DNA of 54,417 bases from a virus (IMGVR_UViG_3300009784_000001:1-54417); one strand, 5' to 3'; numbered from the stretch's first letter, positions 28,486-38,601 are shown. A program made the numbers and translations. The notes: generated from the sequence alone by a model not told the origin.

Positions 28486-28514
28486 AAAGGGACAACTTAT
28501 TTAAGTTGCCCTTT
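28486..28514. terminator. bidirectional intrinsic terminator
   Basis: aaaggg(a)caactt / aagttgcccttt between convergent genes. Confidence 0.75.
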
Positions 28515-30821
28515 TCTAATATTAATTAGTAAATCATTTACAAAATCAATGTTTACTGTTTCAGGTAATGAACAAGTTGGAATCAAATCTTCAATTTCTT
28601 TCTTAAGATTTTCAGCATAATTGATTAAATAATCATAATCCATTTTACCTAATCTAATTTCCATTAACATTTCTTTATCCCATGTTCTGATAACATTGAA
28701 ACCTTGTCCTTGTGCAATTTCTTTTGCCATGTGCATTAAACGAACCATGTGCATCAAATTTTTGCAATTTCCATGAAAAGCAAACTTGTTTTTATTTTTT
28801 GTAATTAAAGTTCCTTCAGTTGTTTCAAAACATACAACTCTTTTATTTTCTACTTTTTCTATATCCCATCCAGTATTTTTTCTTTTTCCTGTTTTATTAA
28901 ATAATTTTGATAAAGTTGTATAGTGAATTTTCTTTTTTGATATAAAAACTTGATAGGAAGGTCTATATGTTTGTTCTGTTATTTTATCTTTATATTGATA
29001 AATTTTATTCTCTCCATAAAACTGAGAAGCATAACCATTTAGTATTAATAAAGTATGAAGTTGCTTTGCCATTGAAACTGATGTTGTAAAATATACAGAA
29101 TGTCCATTTTTATGATAATTACCATCACCACATAACATACAATCAAGAAGCAAATCAAACTGTCTTTTAGAGAAAGTATTAACATATTTTGGAATATTTT
29201 TTTCATAACAATAAACCCCATTACATTCTTTCAACATAGACATTATGTTTCTATCTCTAATAGTCCATGTACATTCAATTCTTCCTTTTCTTTGAAATTC
29301 TGTTCTCTTTAATGGAATGGTAGTTATACTTTCCATAATGTTGTAACCACAATTATTTTTTAATTGACTTACTTGTAATGCTTGATTGCTTTCTGTACCA
29401 TCTTTCAATGTTCTCCAAACATAATTTCCTTCTGATAAAAACATTCCTAATAATTTAATAAAATCATCAGAATAAAATTCATTATTTTTTTGAGTATTGA
29501 TGAGATTAATTATTTGATGATAATAACTTCTTTTCCCATTAAAATAATCATTAACAGAAATTAATTCCCATTTTGCAGTTTTTTCATTATATTTAGTCGA
29601 AAAATTAGTAGTTGGATTCCTGTGTAAATTACTAATAAAAAGATTATGATTTTCTGTAATAGAAAAACGAATATAAAGACTTTCAAAAGTATATTTCCAT
29701 CCATTATATATTTTATCTGTTTTAGATAAAATTGGAGAATATATTAATTCTCTATTTTTATTAAAACACCCAATTAATTCATCATCATTTATATCATCAT
29801 ATTTTTTCCATCCATCTTGAGTTAAAAATTCTGTTTCTTCTTCAAAATAACAATCATACCCCTTTCCTGCTTTAATAGTATTTTCATATCTTAAAGGATT
29901 ACGTTTTTCTTCCCATTCCTTAAATTCTCTATAATCTTTACAATGCAAAGAATAACCATCCTTGTTAAAAGATAATTGACAGATTGGTTTCTCACCCTTT
30001 GGAATTGAAGATAATCTTACTTCATTTGATTTACTATCTTCTCCAACAATCCCTGCATAACCATTCCCTAAATAAGATGAATCTATAAAAGTATCTCTTA
30101 AAGTGGTATAAGCATTGTCAGATGTCCAATGCAAATGTTCTCTAAAATTAAGAAGAAAGTCCTGTAAATTCTTATATTTTTTTATTAAAGTATAATAATC
30201 ACTAACATAAAAATCATTTAGAAATTTTTGTCGCATTTTATATTCATTGTTGAAATGATTACCCCAGTCATAATATACATGATACATTTCATACATATTA
30301 TTAACTTTTACGAGACCACAATATTGCTGTAATAATCCTCTTTTCTCTAACCAGTTTTTAATACCAGTTGAACCACCCTCATGAAATGTGTAACAAAAAT
30401 CAAGAACATCTTTTCTTTCAATCATTGGATGAAATACTTTTTTATTCATTCCTCTTGCTTTCTTAATTTGCGTATAAGCATAACCAAGGAAAGGCTCAAA
30501 ACACTGCTTGGTAAGAAACTGTTCTTTATTATCAAATAAAGATTTTAGTAGGGGAGAAGGTTTTATAATCATTTTATCTTCTGGACAAAATAAAAATTCC
30601 AATATATTTGGATTTGAGACAATTAATAAATTTAAAAATTTTTTTAGACTATAATACTTTTCATCTTTACTAATTTCTATTTCTTCTTCTATCTTGTGAA
30701 TCCCCAATATATCTTCAATATTTTCCAAATATATTCCGCCAATATCTAAATCACTATCTTTTGTATTTAAACCATAAAGAGTACTTCCTTTAATGTATTT
30801 GTAAATAATATTTTTTACCAT
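28497..30821 (-). CDS. RlaP-like DNA polymerase beta-superfamily nucleotidyltransferase, intein-containing
   Basis: GSTLYGL.T.DSD.D..GIY, NPNILE.L, and GYD|CKNLMHMVRL once the insert is removed (412-aa extein). Confidence 0.8.
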   Translation of the reverse strand: MVKNIIYKYIKGSTLYGLNTKDSDLDIGGIYLENIEDILGIHKIEEEIEISKDEKYYSLKKFLNLLIVSNPNILEFLFCPEDKMIIKPSPLLKSLFDNKEQFLTKQCFEPFLGYAYTQIKKARGMNKKVFHPMIERKDVLDFCYTFHEGGSTGIKNWLEKRGLLQQYCGLVKVNNMYEMYHVYYDWGNHFNNEYKMRQKFLNDFYVSDYYTLIKKYKNLQDFLLNFREHLHWTSDNAYTTLRDTFIDSSYLGNGYAGIVGEDSKSNEVRLSSIPKGEKPICQLSFNKDGYSLHCKDYREFKEWEEKRNPLRYENTIKAGKGYDCYFEEETEFLTQDGWKKYDDINDDELIGCFNKNRELIYSPILSKTDKIYNGWKYTFESLYIRFSITENHNLFISNLHRNPTTNFSTKYNEKTAKWELISVNDYFNGKRSYYHQIINLINTQKNNEFYSDDFIKLLGMFLSEGNYVWRTLKDGTESNQALQVSQLKNNCGYNIMESITTIPLKRTEFQRKGRIECTWTIRDRNIMSMLKECNGVYCYEKNIPKYVNTFSKRQFDLLLDCMLCGDGNYHKNGHSVYFTTSVSMAKQLHTLLILNGYASQFYGENKIYQYKDKITEQTYRPSYQVFISKKKIHYTTLSKLFNKTGKRKNTGWDIEKVENKRVVCFETTEGTLITKNKNKFAFHGNCKNLMHMVRLMHMAKEIAQGQGFNVIRTWDKEMLMEIRLGKMDYDYLINYAENLKKEIEDLIPTCSLPETVNIDFVNDLLINIRKGQLK
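28767..29852 (-). mobile_element. intein with LAGLIDADG homing endonuclease (362 aa)
   Basis: Starts CYFEEETEFLTQDGW, LLGMFLSEGN and LLDCMLCGDGN blocks, ends FHGN followed by +1 Cys. Confidence 0.9.
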
Positions 30822-30840
30822 AAAAATAAATTTAATAATA

Positions 30841-30869
30841 AAAAGATGAAGAATTAAACTTCATCTTTT
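30841..30869 (-). terminator. intrinsic terminator
   Basis: aaaagatgaag-aattaaa-cttcatctttt, 11-bp stem. Confidence 0.65.
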
Positions 30870-31486
30870 AATAAATCTTTAAAATCCTCTACTGCAATTA
30901 AATCTATATCTTCAGGATATGGTCCTGATTCATCACTATGACAGATGAATACAATCTTGTCATCTGATATAACTTTTGTTATAATATTATATACTTCTTC
31001 TTTTGTATATTTGTTTTCTTCATCATTCCAACCCCATCCTATTAAATTATTTATGAAGTTTGTTTCAGCATATCCTTCTTCTTTAATAACATCAATATAA
31101 TAAATGTCATATTTTTCTTTTATATAATCTCCAATTGCTTTTCCTATTTGATTGAAATATGGTAATTGGGAAGGTGTTAAATCTATTTCAAGAGAATGAT
31201 TAAAATAGCTTAATGAGGAAACAAGAAATTGTATTTTTTCTAAATCTCCTGAAATATAAAAATAGCCATTAGTTCTTTTGTACCAATTAGAAGTAGTGAT
31301 TACACAAGTTTTGACTGAATATTTTTTATTTAATCCTTCTCTGACTTCAATAGGAATATATGGGTCTTCATCATCTCGTTCAAATCCATTATGCACTACA
31401 TAATCTTCCCATCCTTCAGGAGTAATTGCTATTGAATGTGTTGAACTGCTATTAGTTTCAAACACTGATTTTCTAATCTTTTTCAT
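30854..31486 (-). CDS. phage protein with FETNSSSTHS motif
   Basis: MKKIRKSVFETNSSSTHSI; ATG 31486 preferred over 31513. Confidence 0.7.
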   Translation of the reverse strand: MKKIRKSVFETNSSSTHSIAITPEGWEDYVVHNGFERDDEDPYIPIEVREGLNKKYSVKTCVITTSNWYKRTNGYFYISGDLEKIQFLVSSLSYFNHSLEIDLTPSQLPYFNQIGKAIGDYIKEKYDIYYIDVIKEEGYAETNFINNLIGWGWNDEENKYTKEEVYNIITKVISDDKIVFICHSDESGPYPEDIDLIAVEDFKDLLKDEV

Positions 31487-31487
31487 A

Positions 31488-31673
31488 TTATCTAAAAGGA
31501 TTATGTTTTGCATCCATTCCTGAATCAGTCCATTTTCTATCCCAAGCGTTTGCTTTTTCAGTAGCTAATTGAACATCACTATCATAAGGATTATGACTTG
31601 GTGTAAATCCTACTTCTTTACATTTATTTTCATATCTTAATGCACTCTCTTTACAATCGTTAATAGTTCTCAT
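31488..31673 (-). CDS. hypothetical protein
   Basis: ORF in operon. Confidence 0.55.
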   Translation of the reverse strand: MRTINDCKESALRYENKCKEVGFTPSHNPYDSDVQLATEKANAWDRKWTDSGMDAKHNPFR

Positions 31674-31677
31674 TATT

Positions 31678-31929
31678 TTAATTTTCTTTATCTGGATTAA
31701 TACTAATTCTTACTTGTCTTTGCCCACCATAAGGTCTTGCATATCCAATGCCTTTTACATTGAAGTTTTCTTTAATTAAATTATTAAATTCTTCAACTTT
31801 ATGTAAGGTTTCATAATCATATATATGATTATATACAATAATTCCTCTTGTATTTTTTAATACTGCTGGAAAAAAATTCATTTTCTCCATTATCTCTTTT
31901 AACTTTACTTCTACTTTATTTACTTTCAT
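31678..31929 (-). CDS. hypothetical protein
   Basis: ORF in operon. Confidence 0.6.
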   Translation of the reverse strand: MKVNKVEVKLKEIMEKMNFFPAVLKNTRGIIVYNHIYDYETLHKVEEFNNLIKENFNVKGIGYARPYGGQRQVRISINPDKEN

Positions 31930-31933
31930 ATTT

Positions 31934-32185
31934 TTATTTATTTATTGAAACTATTAAAGAATCAGAAGTATATTTTTCAAAAATAATAAAACCTTTGTTT
32001 TTCAAAAAATATAAATCATTTTCATTTATATATCTCTCTACTGGTTTATTTATTTCCATTTGTGCAAACCAGTAATTACCATTTTTTTCTTTGAATAATA
32101 ACTCATTAGCTCTAACTTTACTTAAAATGAATCTTTGTTCTTTTGTAAGAAACAATGATCTAATGTATAATATAATTCTTTTCAT
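31934..32185 (-). CDS. hypothetical protein
   Basis: First ORF after promoter. Confidence 0.6.
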   Translation of the reverse strand: MKRIILYIRSLFLTKEQRFILSKVRANELLFKEKNGNYWFAQMEINKPVERYINENDLYFLKNKGFIIFEKYTSDSLIVSINK

Positions 32186-32204
32186 ATTATTTTTATTTAT
32201 AAAA

Positions 32205-32249
32205 CAAAGATCCAGAAAAATCCTGTACCCTCAAAATTTTTTAGGTTAA
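32205..32249 (-). promoter_or_regulatory. promoter with TTAAC element (variant -7 box GAtcTTTG)
   Basis: + strand caaagatc 32205, caaa 32232, gttaa 32245. Confidence 0.6.
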
Positions 32250-32362
32250 AAAATCTTAATCATAATAGCATTTTTTTGGAGTTGAGAAATATTTATATTA
32301 AAAATATTATATTATACAAATATTGATGAAGAAAAAATTCCATTAAATTATATAGATAAAAT

Positions 32363-33124
32363 TTACACAAACAAAGAAGAAATTTTAAAAATTCTTTCTT
32401 TTCCTATTTTAAAATAATTCTCATCTTTTTCTATTCCTATAAAATTTCTATGAGTATTTATAGCTGCTACTCCTGTTGTACAAGAGCCAAAACAAGAATC
32501 TAATATTGTTTCTCCTTCATTACTATAAGTTTTGATAAGATATTCTAAAAGGGGAATGGATTTTTCAGTAGGATGTAATGCAACAGAAGGATGGGGTTTT
32601 TTAAAATTTAATATGGAAGTTGGGAATTTCTGTGTGCTTCCTTTCCTTATATCAGAAGATATTTTAAAATTACCATAATTACTATTTTTTAACTCATAAT
32701 TATCACTAAATACTTTATTTCCTTTTCCATGTAAAGGAGCACCCTCTGTAAATTGAGGATTATAAGTACATAATTTTTTATAAAAAATACAAATATCTTC
32801 ATGGATTCTTAAAGGCATTCTATTGCTGTTAAGAAAAGAAGAAGATAATTCTTTATTCCACACCAAAAAATATCTAAATAATTTTCTATTAGAATTGACA
32901 AGATCAACTGTAAATAATCCTTGTGCAAATAATGCAATACAACCATTATCTTTGATTATTCTTTCATATTGTTTCCATAATGGTTCAAATGGAATAACTA
33001 TATCTTTTGAATTTTGAGTTTTTCCATAAGGCAAATCAACGAGTATCATATCAATAGATTTATCTTTAATATCTTTCATTACTTCAAGACAATCTCCACA
33101 ATATAATTTATATTCTTCTTTCAT
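32363..33124 (-). CDS. N4C/N6A DNA methyltransferase (beta class)
   Basis: GDCL, DLPY, HPTEK, LDSCFGSCTTG. Confidence 0.9.
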   Translation of the reverse strand: MKEEYKLYCGDCLEVMKDIKDKSIDMILVDLPYGKTQNSKDIVIPFEPLWKQYERIIKDNGCIALFAQGLFTVDLVNSNRKLFRYFLVWNKELSSSFLNSNRMPLRIHEDICIFYKKLCTYNPQFTEGAPLHGKGNKVFSDNYELKNSNYGNFKISSDIRKGSTQKFPTSILNFKKPHPSVALHPTEKSIPLLEYLIKTYSNEGETILDSCFGSCTTGVAAINTHRNFIGIEKDENYFKIGKERIFKISSLFV

Positions 33125-33127
33125 ATT

Positions 33128-33310
33128 TCATAAAATATAATTTTTATCTAATATTACTTCATCTATTCTAAATTCAGCCATAGAATATCTGCGATTTAAT
33201 TTTTCACTCATCTCTTTAACAGCATCATGCACTTTTTCAATAGTTGAAAATACTCCAATTACTTCTTGAGTTTGATTTCTGTATCTTAATAAATAAAATT
33301 TATCATTCAT
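33128..33310 (-). CDS. hypothetical protein
   Basis: ORF in operon. Confidence 0.6.
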   Translation of the reverse strand: MNDKFYLLRYRNQTQEVIGVFSTIEKVHDAVKEMSEKLNRRYSMAEFRIDEVILDKNYIL

Positions 33311-33842
33311 TTATTATTCTTTTTATAATATTTTTTTGTGGAATAAAAATTTCTCTCATTGGTTGATTAATATAACTTTCCAAAGTATATATTACTCCTA
33401 ACGATTCAAATGCAGTATAAATATTATTATCTATTAATTCAACTTGGAAATGTTTTTCTTCATCTAATGCTGCTTTGAATTTTTGCCATATTTCATTATC
33501 ACCAAAAGAATTATTATATTGTATTTCTCTATCTAAATCTTCTACAATTTGTTCTTTTTGTTGGGAAGTTAATCTATGGTAGTAATTTTCAATTACATCT
33601 GCTGGAAATGTAGCACTTGCAATAGTTTTTCTATTGCAAAAATATCTCATTGAAGCCCATAATGTTTCCCATTCAAAATTAGATAATTCTTTTGTTTTTA
33701 GTGGGTATAATTCTTCAATTCTATCATATAAAATAGCTGTGATATGTTCTTTTGCTATTGAAGTAATATTGCTTTTATCAAGTTCTTCCATATCATATTC
33801 CAACCATTTTTTATATTCTTTTTTTGTTAGTTTCTTTTCCAT
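33303..33842 (-). CDS. hypothetical protein
   Basis: ORF in operon. Confidence 0.65.
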   Translation of the reverse strand: MEKKLTKKEYKKWLEYDMEELDKSNITSIAKEHITAILYDRIEELYPLKTKELSNFEWETLWASMRYFCNRKTIASATFPADVIENYYHRLTSQQKEQIVEDLDREIQYNNSFGDNEIWQKFKAALDEEKHFQVELIDNNIYTAFESLGVIYTLESYINQPMREIFIPQKNIIKRIINE

Positions 33843-33847
33843 AATTA

Positions 33848-34219
33848 TTAATCTAAATTTAAGTTATAATCTGCTTTTTGTTCATGAAGGTAGTCCCTTA
33901 TTGTTTGAAAAGGATCCATGTCAATCATACTAGTTAAATAAGCTAAAAATAATTCTACTACATTTTCTGTTTCTTCTATTTTTATAGGCTTAGCACCTTC
34001 TAATTTAGATGATTCATCTTCATTCTTTTTTTGAAGAGTGAATTGTTTTTCAAAAAGTTCTTTAATTGCTGATTCTATTCCATGATAATCATATTTAATA
34101 TGTTGTCTAAGTTCCTGGTCAATATCCCAAACCAGTAATTTCCATTTGTAACCATTCACTGCGGTTTCAAAATCACTTTGTTCTTCTTCTAAATTGTACT
34201 TTAAAATTCCTTGTGCCAT
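33848..34219 (-). CDS. hypothetical protein
   Basis: ORF in operon. Confidence 0.65.
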   Translation of the reverse strand: MAQGILKYNLEEEQSDFETAVNGYKWKLLVWDIDQELRQHIKYDYHGIESAIKELFEKQFTLQKKNEDESSKLEGAKPIKIEETENVVELFLAYLTSMIDMDPFQTIRDYLHEQKADYNLNLD

Positions 34220-34225
34220 AATTTT

Positions 34226-36430
34226 TTACATTTTATTTAATAATTCAAGTTCTTCTTTTAATTTATCTCTATAACCAAAATTAGTGATACTGATTAACTT
34301 ATCAATATTTATGTTACTATTATTTTGAATAATTTTAATTAGCATTTTTTTATTAATACTTGGATGTTCAGCAAGGTATTCTCCTAATTTCAACAATAGT
34401 TTTTTTTGTGAAGAAAGAATAGTTTTAATTTCTCCCATTTGAAATAATAATTCTCTATTTACTTTATCAGCGATTGTTTCAGTAATTTCTTTTGCAACAT
34501 CATTATTTTTTGGAAGAATATTATTTTTTACTAAATATTCTCTCATTCCCCATTCTCTGTATGCTTTAAAAAGATAATCATTTGCTTTACTTAAATCATT
34601 TGAAGCACCAGAGGTTATTTTATCTTCCCCAAACACTATTATTTCTGCTGCTCTTCCTGCAAGACATAATTTTATTTTATCTAATAAAATATTTTTGTTT
34701 AAAATATCTACATCTTCTACACCTGTCCATGTAAAGCCATTACTATCTGAATCAGCAGTTATTGAACGAACTTGAAGTGGTAGTTTATTAAATAACATAA
34801 TTTGAGCCATAGCATGCCCTGCTTCATGAATACCAGTAACTGCTTGTTGATCATCTTTTTTATTCTGACGTAAACTATCTACTCTTGAATTTATTTTGTG
34901 AGTAGTATGAGCAACAATTTTTTCATTTTTAATAAAATCAACATGAATATTTTTATTTTTATACTTATATAAAATAGTATCATATTGAATATCATTATCA
35001 ATTGTATATAGAAGTGAATTAGCCACATTGGATTTAATCATATCATTAATAGTAGTTGTAACATTTCTAACTCCTAATGTTGGAAATACTGCTTCTTTAT
35101 ATAGGATTTTATGAATAGTGTTATCAAATTTTAATGTAAATTTGTAATTTTCTTTAATGAAAATTGAATAATCATTTAATTGTTTAACAATAATTTCTTT
35201 ATAGGCTTTAGAAGTTAAAGATGGATATATGATATGAGTGTTTCCCAATCTTGCAATATGTTCAATTCTAAATCTTTTAATTAATGCTTCCTTAATATTA
35301 ACAATATTAACCTTTTTACTAATCTTATAAAATTCATCTGCACTTATATCAGGGTTCATATCATCATGAATTCCATAGGCTTCATCAACATTTCCTAAAA
35401 CAAATATGATAGATTTACTGTAATCTAATGTTGCTTTTTTATTTGAATTAACCAAGTTTTCTGTAATTAATTCAGAAAATTCAATAAATTCATTAAAAGA
35501 AAGCTCTAATAAACTTTCTTTTAAACTATCTCCATATTTAATTTCATATAAATCTAAAAGCATGGTTAATCCAACAATAAATTTATCTTTTAATGTAAAA
35601 GTAATTCCATCATTATCAAACCATGTTTCTATATCTTTCATAATGTGTTGGTAAATATGAACAGTATCATATTTATCTCCTTTTTTCACAATCTTTACTT
35701 TTGTTTTTTGTTTGGGCCTAACAATAACTTTTCCTGTTGGATAATCATCATCTTCCTCACAGTCATCATCTTCTATATCATCTTCATCTTCTTCTTTCTC
35801 ATTATTATTTGTTATTTTAATAATATCTAATTCTTCAGAAGTTAAGGTAAAAGATAATTTATTGAATGTATTATTTTCTAAATAAAGTAATGTATCAATA
35901 ATTCTCCCAAGTGCATAAATACCAAATTTATCTTCTGCATTTATATAGTAACTATTCTCATAATCACATAAGCCATTATCAATGAAATCCCAAAGAGTAG
36001 AATTATATTTTTCATATTCTTCTCCATCTGAACTTTTACATTTATAATTTTGAAATTCATCAAATATTACAACAGGAAAATTATTTTTTGTGAAATGTCC
36101 TGAACAAAGTGATCTTAATGGTTTTTCTGCATTTAACTCTGATCCATTTAATCTATATGAATTATTTTTAAGAGATAAGAGTTCTAATAATCTATCTATT
36201 AATTTAGTTTTTCCACAACCTGTCATACCCCAACCATTAACTACAAGGGGTTTAGATAATGTATCTCTAAAAAATAGCCATGGTTTGATGCTTTCAATCC
36301 ACATATCAATTTGTTCATCAATCCCAATAAATTCTTTTTTTAATATTATTTTTATTTCTTCTAGAAAGTCTTGGGTAATTTTTAAATCAAAATTAAAATC
36401 TCCTTTTATTTGTTTTTTAATATCAAACAT
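34226..36430 (-). CDS. AAA+ ATPase fused to peptidase M41 (FtsH-type) domain
   Basis: GMTGCGKT, IFDEFQ, ARLG; C-terminal HEAGHA, LAGRAAE, SGASNDL.KA. Confidence 0.85.
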   Translation of the reverse strand: MFDIKKQIKGDFNFDLKITQDFLEEIKIILKKEFIGIDEQIDMWIESIKPWLFFRDTLSKPLVVNGWGMTGCGKTKLIDRLLELLSLKNNSYRLNGSELNAEKPLRSLCSGHFTKNNFPVVIFDEFQNYKCKSSDGEEYEKYNSTLWDFIDNGLCDYENSYYINAEDKFGIYALGRIIDTLLYLENNTFNKLSFTLTSEELDIIKITNNNEKEEDEDDIEDDDCEEDDDYPTGKVIVRPKQKTKVKIVKKGDKYDTVHIYQHIMKDIETWFDNDGITFTLKDKFIVGLTMLLDLYEIKYGDSLKESLLELSFNEFIEFSELITENLVNSNKKATLDYSKSIIFVLGNVDEAYGIHDDMNPDISADEFYKISKKVNIVNIKEALIKRFRIEHIARLGNTHIIYPSLTSKAYKEIIVKQLNDYSIFIKENYKFTLKFDNTIHKILYKEAVFPTLGVRNVTTTINDMIKSNVANSLLYTIDNDIQYDTILYKYKNKNIHVDFIKNEKIVAHTTHKINSRVDSLRQNKKDDQQAVTGIHEAGHAMAQIMLFNKLPLQVRSITADSDSNGFTWTGVEDVDILNKNILLDKIKLCLAGRAAEIIVFGEDKITSGASNDLSKANDYLFKAYREWGMREYLVKNNILPKNNDVAKEITETIADKVNRELLFQMGEIKTILSSQKKLLLKLGEYLAEHPSINKKMLIKIIQNNSNINIDKLISITNFGYRDKLKEELELLNKM

Positions 36431-36507
36431 TTTTTATTTTTTTTTTTAATATTTAATAAAGAAAAAAAAGACAAATTATTTTTTAATCTGTCTTATTTAA
36501 TGGTATA

Positions 36508-37101
36508 TCATTTGTTTTCGTTTTTCTTTCTTCTTTTCAAGTTGATTGGTTTAGCTTTATCATAGTTAAATCCTTCAAGACCAATACTAAACTTGCCATC
36601 ATGCCATCCTAAAAATAATGTAGAATGATAGTAACTTTTAACTTTATTAATTGGTTTAAATTCAATTATAATTTTATTATCTCTCCTATGTCCTGTAACT
36701 TCTTCAAATTTATTTAATAATTTTTCTCCAAATTCTTCAAGAAGATCATGTTCAGGAGTTTTACCATTATGACTTTGTTCTAGTAACCGAACCCTTGTAG
36801 CAGAAGGATAATAAAAAAAAGAGATGAATTCAAAGTCTACTGCTTCAAGTAACATTTGAAGTATTGCTTTCTTATTAGAATAATTTTCCCAATTTCCAAC
36901 AATTGCTTCATAAAGATTATCATCTTCTTTATCTACCTCTTTTTTAAGTTCTTCAATTTTTTCTCTTGCTGCTTCACCTTCTTCTACTCTTGAAGATTGC
37001 CAACCATGTGAAAAAGCAAGACCCATTAAATCATTCAATTCTTCTCCCAATAATTTAATGTATTCATCATATGCTGTAAATAAATTGTTATGTGCTTCCA
37101 T
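36508..37101 (-). CDS. hypothetical protein
   Basis: ORF after promoter. Confidence 0.7.
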   Translation of the reverse strand: MEAHNNLFTAYDEYIKLLGEELNDLMGLAFSHGWQSSRVEEGEAAREKIEELKKEVDKEDDNLYEAIVGNWENYSNKKAILQMLLEAVDFEFISFFYYPSATRVRLLEQSHNGKTPEHDLLEEFGEKLLNKFEEVTGHRRDNKIIIEFKPINKVKSYYHSTLFLGWHDGKFSIGLEGFNYDKAKPINLKRRKKNENK

Positions 37102-37126
37102 ATTATTTCTTTAATTTTTTATATTA

Positions 37127-37157
37127 CAAAAATACATATATTTTTTATACTTTCAAA
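37127..37157 (-). promoter_or_regulatory. -33/-7 promoter
   Basis: + strand caaaaata 37127, 19 nt, caaa 37154. Confidence 0.6.
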
Positions 37158-37170
37158 ATATTTTAAAATA

Positions 37171-37200
37171 AAAAAGGGAAAAATTTACTCTTCCCCTTTT
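37171..37200 (-). terminator. intrinsic terminator
   Basis: aaaaagggaa...ttcccctttt hairpin after the ParB-like gene. Confidence 0.55.
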
Positions 37201-37218
37201 TCTTCTATTTTAATTTTA

Positions 37219-38220
37219 TTAACTTCCTGTTTGAGCATCTTCCTCATCAACAGTAAAAACAGATTCAATACTATCTTCAAGTGAATGTCCAGCTTTCAGC
37301 AGTTTAACAAATAATACAAATTCATCTCTCAAATAACGTTTTTTATTTGGTAAAATTGATAATAATTCTTCTACATTATCTGAAATAACTTCTTCTCTTG
37401 ATTTTTCTTCAACTTTCAGAAATTTTCCAATTTTTGTTTCTTCTCCTTCCAGTCTTGCTTCTGTTAAAGCATTTATAAGTTTTTCTTCTACTGCCTTTCT
37501 TCGTTCTGTCTTATCTTTAATTTCTCCTTTTAAAGAATTATCAATTTGACGTACATTATTGGCAGTTATTTTTCCCTTACTCATCTCCTTTTGAATTTCA
37601 TGCCCTAACCCCAAAAGGTCTAAACAATCTTTAACATGTTGAACATTGGGTTTACCATTGGTTAATTTCTTGCCCATTGCACTTGCAATTTCTTCTTCAT
37701 TGTAACCCATATTGATTAATTTCTGATATGCTTTACCTAATTCTAAAGGAATAAACCTATGGCTTTTGTTTGCTGTAATCATATCAATCACTTTATCTGC
37801 CTCATTTGAATTAGCAGGGGCTAAAAGTACAGGTACACGAGCAACTATAACACCTTCTTCTAAAAGTTCTCTAACTGCCCTTAAACGAGTTTCTCCATCT
37901 CCTACAAAGTATTTAAATACATTGTTTCCATTTTTATCAACTCCAATCTTTTCACGACTACACTTCAAAGGAGTAATAACTCCTCTTACACGAATACTTT
38001 CTCTTAATTCATTCAATTGCTCAATAACATCAGGTCTTGAAAAATCTCTTACATTATGACCAGGTACGACAAAAATAAAACGTGGATCCACTTTAAGAAT
38101 ATCATTTCTTTCAGTTTTAAATGCTTCATTGCTATCTGCAATTTGCAACAATTCTTGATTCACTTCTTCACTTGTTTTCACTACCGCTTCTTCAGCTTTT
38201 ACTAAATCTTCACTTTCCAT
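37219..38220 (-). CDS. parB: ParB/Srx-family protein with HTH
   Basis: HNVRDF, LRESI...GVITPL, GDGETRLRA, then ELGKAYQKL..MGY.EEEIA..MGK. Confidence 0.75.
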   Translation of the reverse strand: MESEDLVKAEEAVVKTSEEVNQELLQIADSNEAFKTERNDILKVDPRFIFVVPGHNVRDFSRPDVIEQLNELRESIRVRGVITPLKCSREKIGVDKNGNNVFKYFVGDGETRLRAVRELLEEGVIVARVPVLLAPANSNEADKVIDMITANKSHRFIPLELGKAYQKLINMGYNEEEIASAMGKKLTNGKPNVQHVKDCLDLLGLGHEIQKEMSKGKITANNVRQIDNSLKGEIKDKTERRKAVEEKLINALTEARLEGEETKIGKFLKVEEKSREEVISDNVEELLSILPNKKRYLRDEFVLFVKLLKAGHSLEDSIESVFTVDEEDAQTGS

Positions 38221-38256
38221 TTTTTTATTTATTAAATTATTATTTTAATTATATTA

Positions 38257-38311
38257 CAAAAGTACAAAAAATTATGTAATTTATAAAGGAAAAAAAGTTA
38301 ATTAATGTTAA
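38257..38311 (-). promoter_or_regulatory. promoter with tandem TTAAC elements
   Basis: caaaagta 38257, taaa 38284, gttaa 38297 and 38307. Confidence 0.75.
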
Positions 38312-38601
38312 TTAATTTCTTTTTCTATTTTAATAGAAAAATAGCCTACGAATGGGGCTGACATTCTATATTTATGCGAAACTGGAGAAACAGTAATATG
38401 AAGTATTGATTCATTACGATTAATTAAACTATGAAAATCAATATCTTCTATTTCTTCAAAATCAAATTCTTTAAAATCTTTTATATCTTTTAGATAATCT
38501 ATATGGCTAATGCTTTCAATATTTATTATCTTATAATTTTTTTCTTTTAATAGAACTGAATATTTTTGTTCTACCATTTTTAACATTTCTTCTCTTTTCA
38601 T
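38308..38601 (-). CDS. hypothetical protein
   Basis: ATG 38601 preferred over 38637. Confidence 0.6.
   Translation of the reverse strand: MKREEMLKMVEQKYSVLLKEKNYKIINIESISHIDYLKDIKDFKEFDFEEIEDIDFHSLINRNESILHITVSPVSHKYRMSAPFVGYFSIKIEKEIN

Noticed and set aside
32260-32420. Plus-strand gene behind the ATATTTATA at 32289
   Set aside because: No ORF with a usable start follows.
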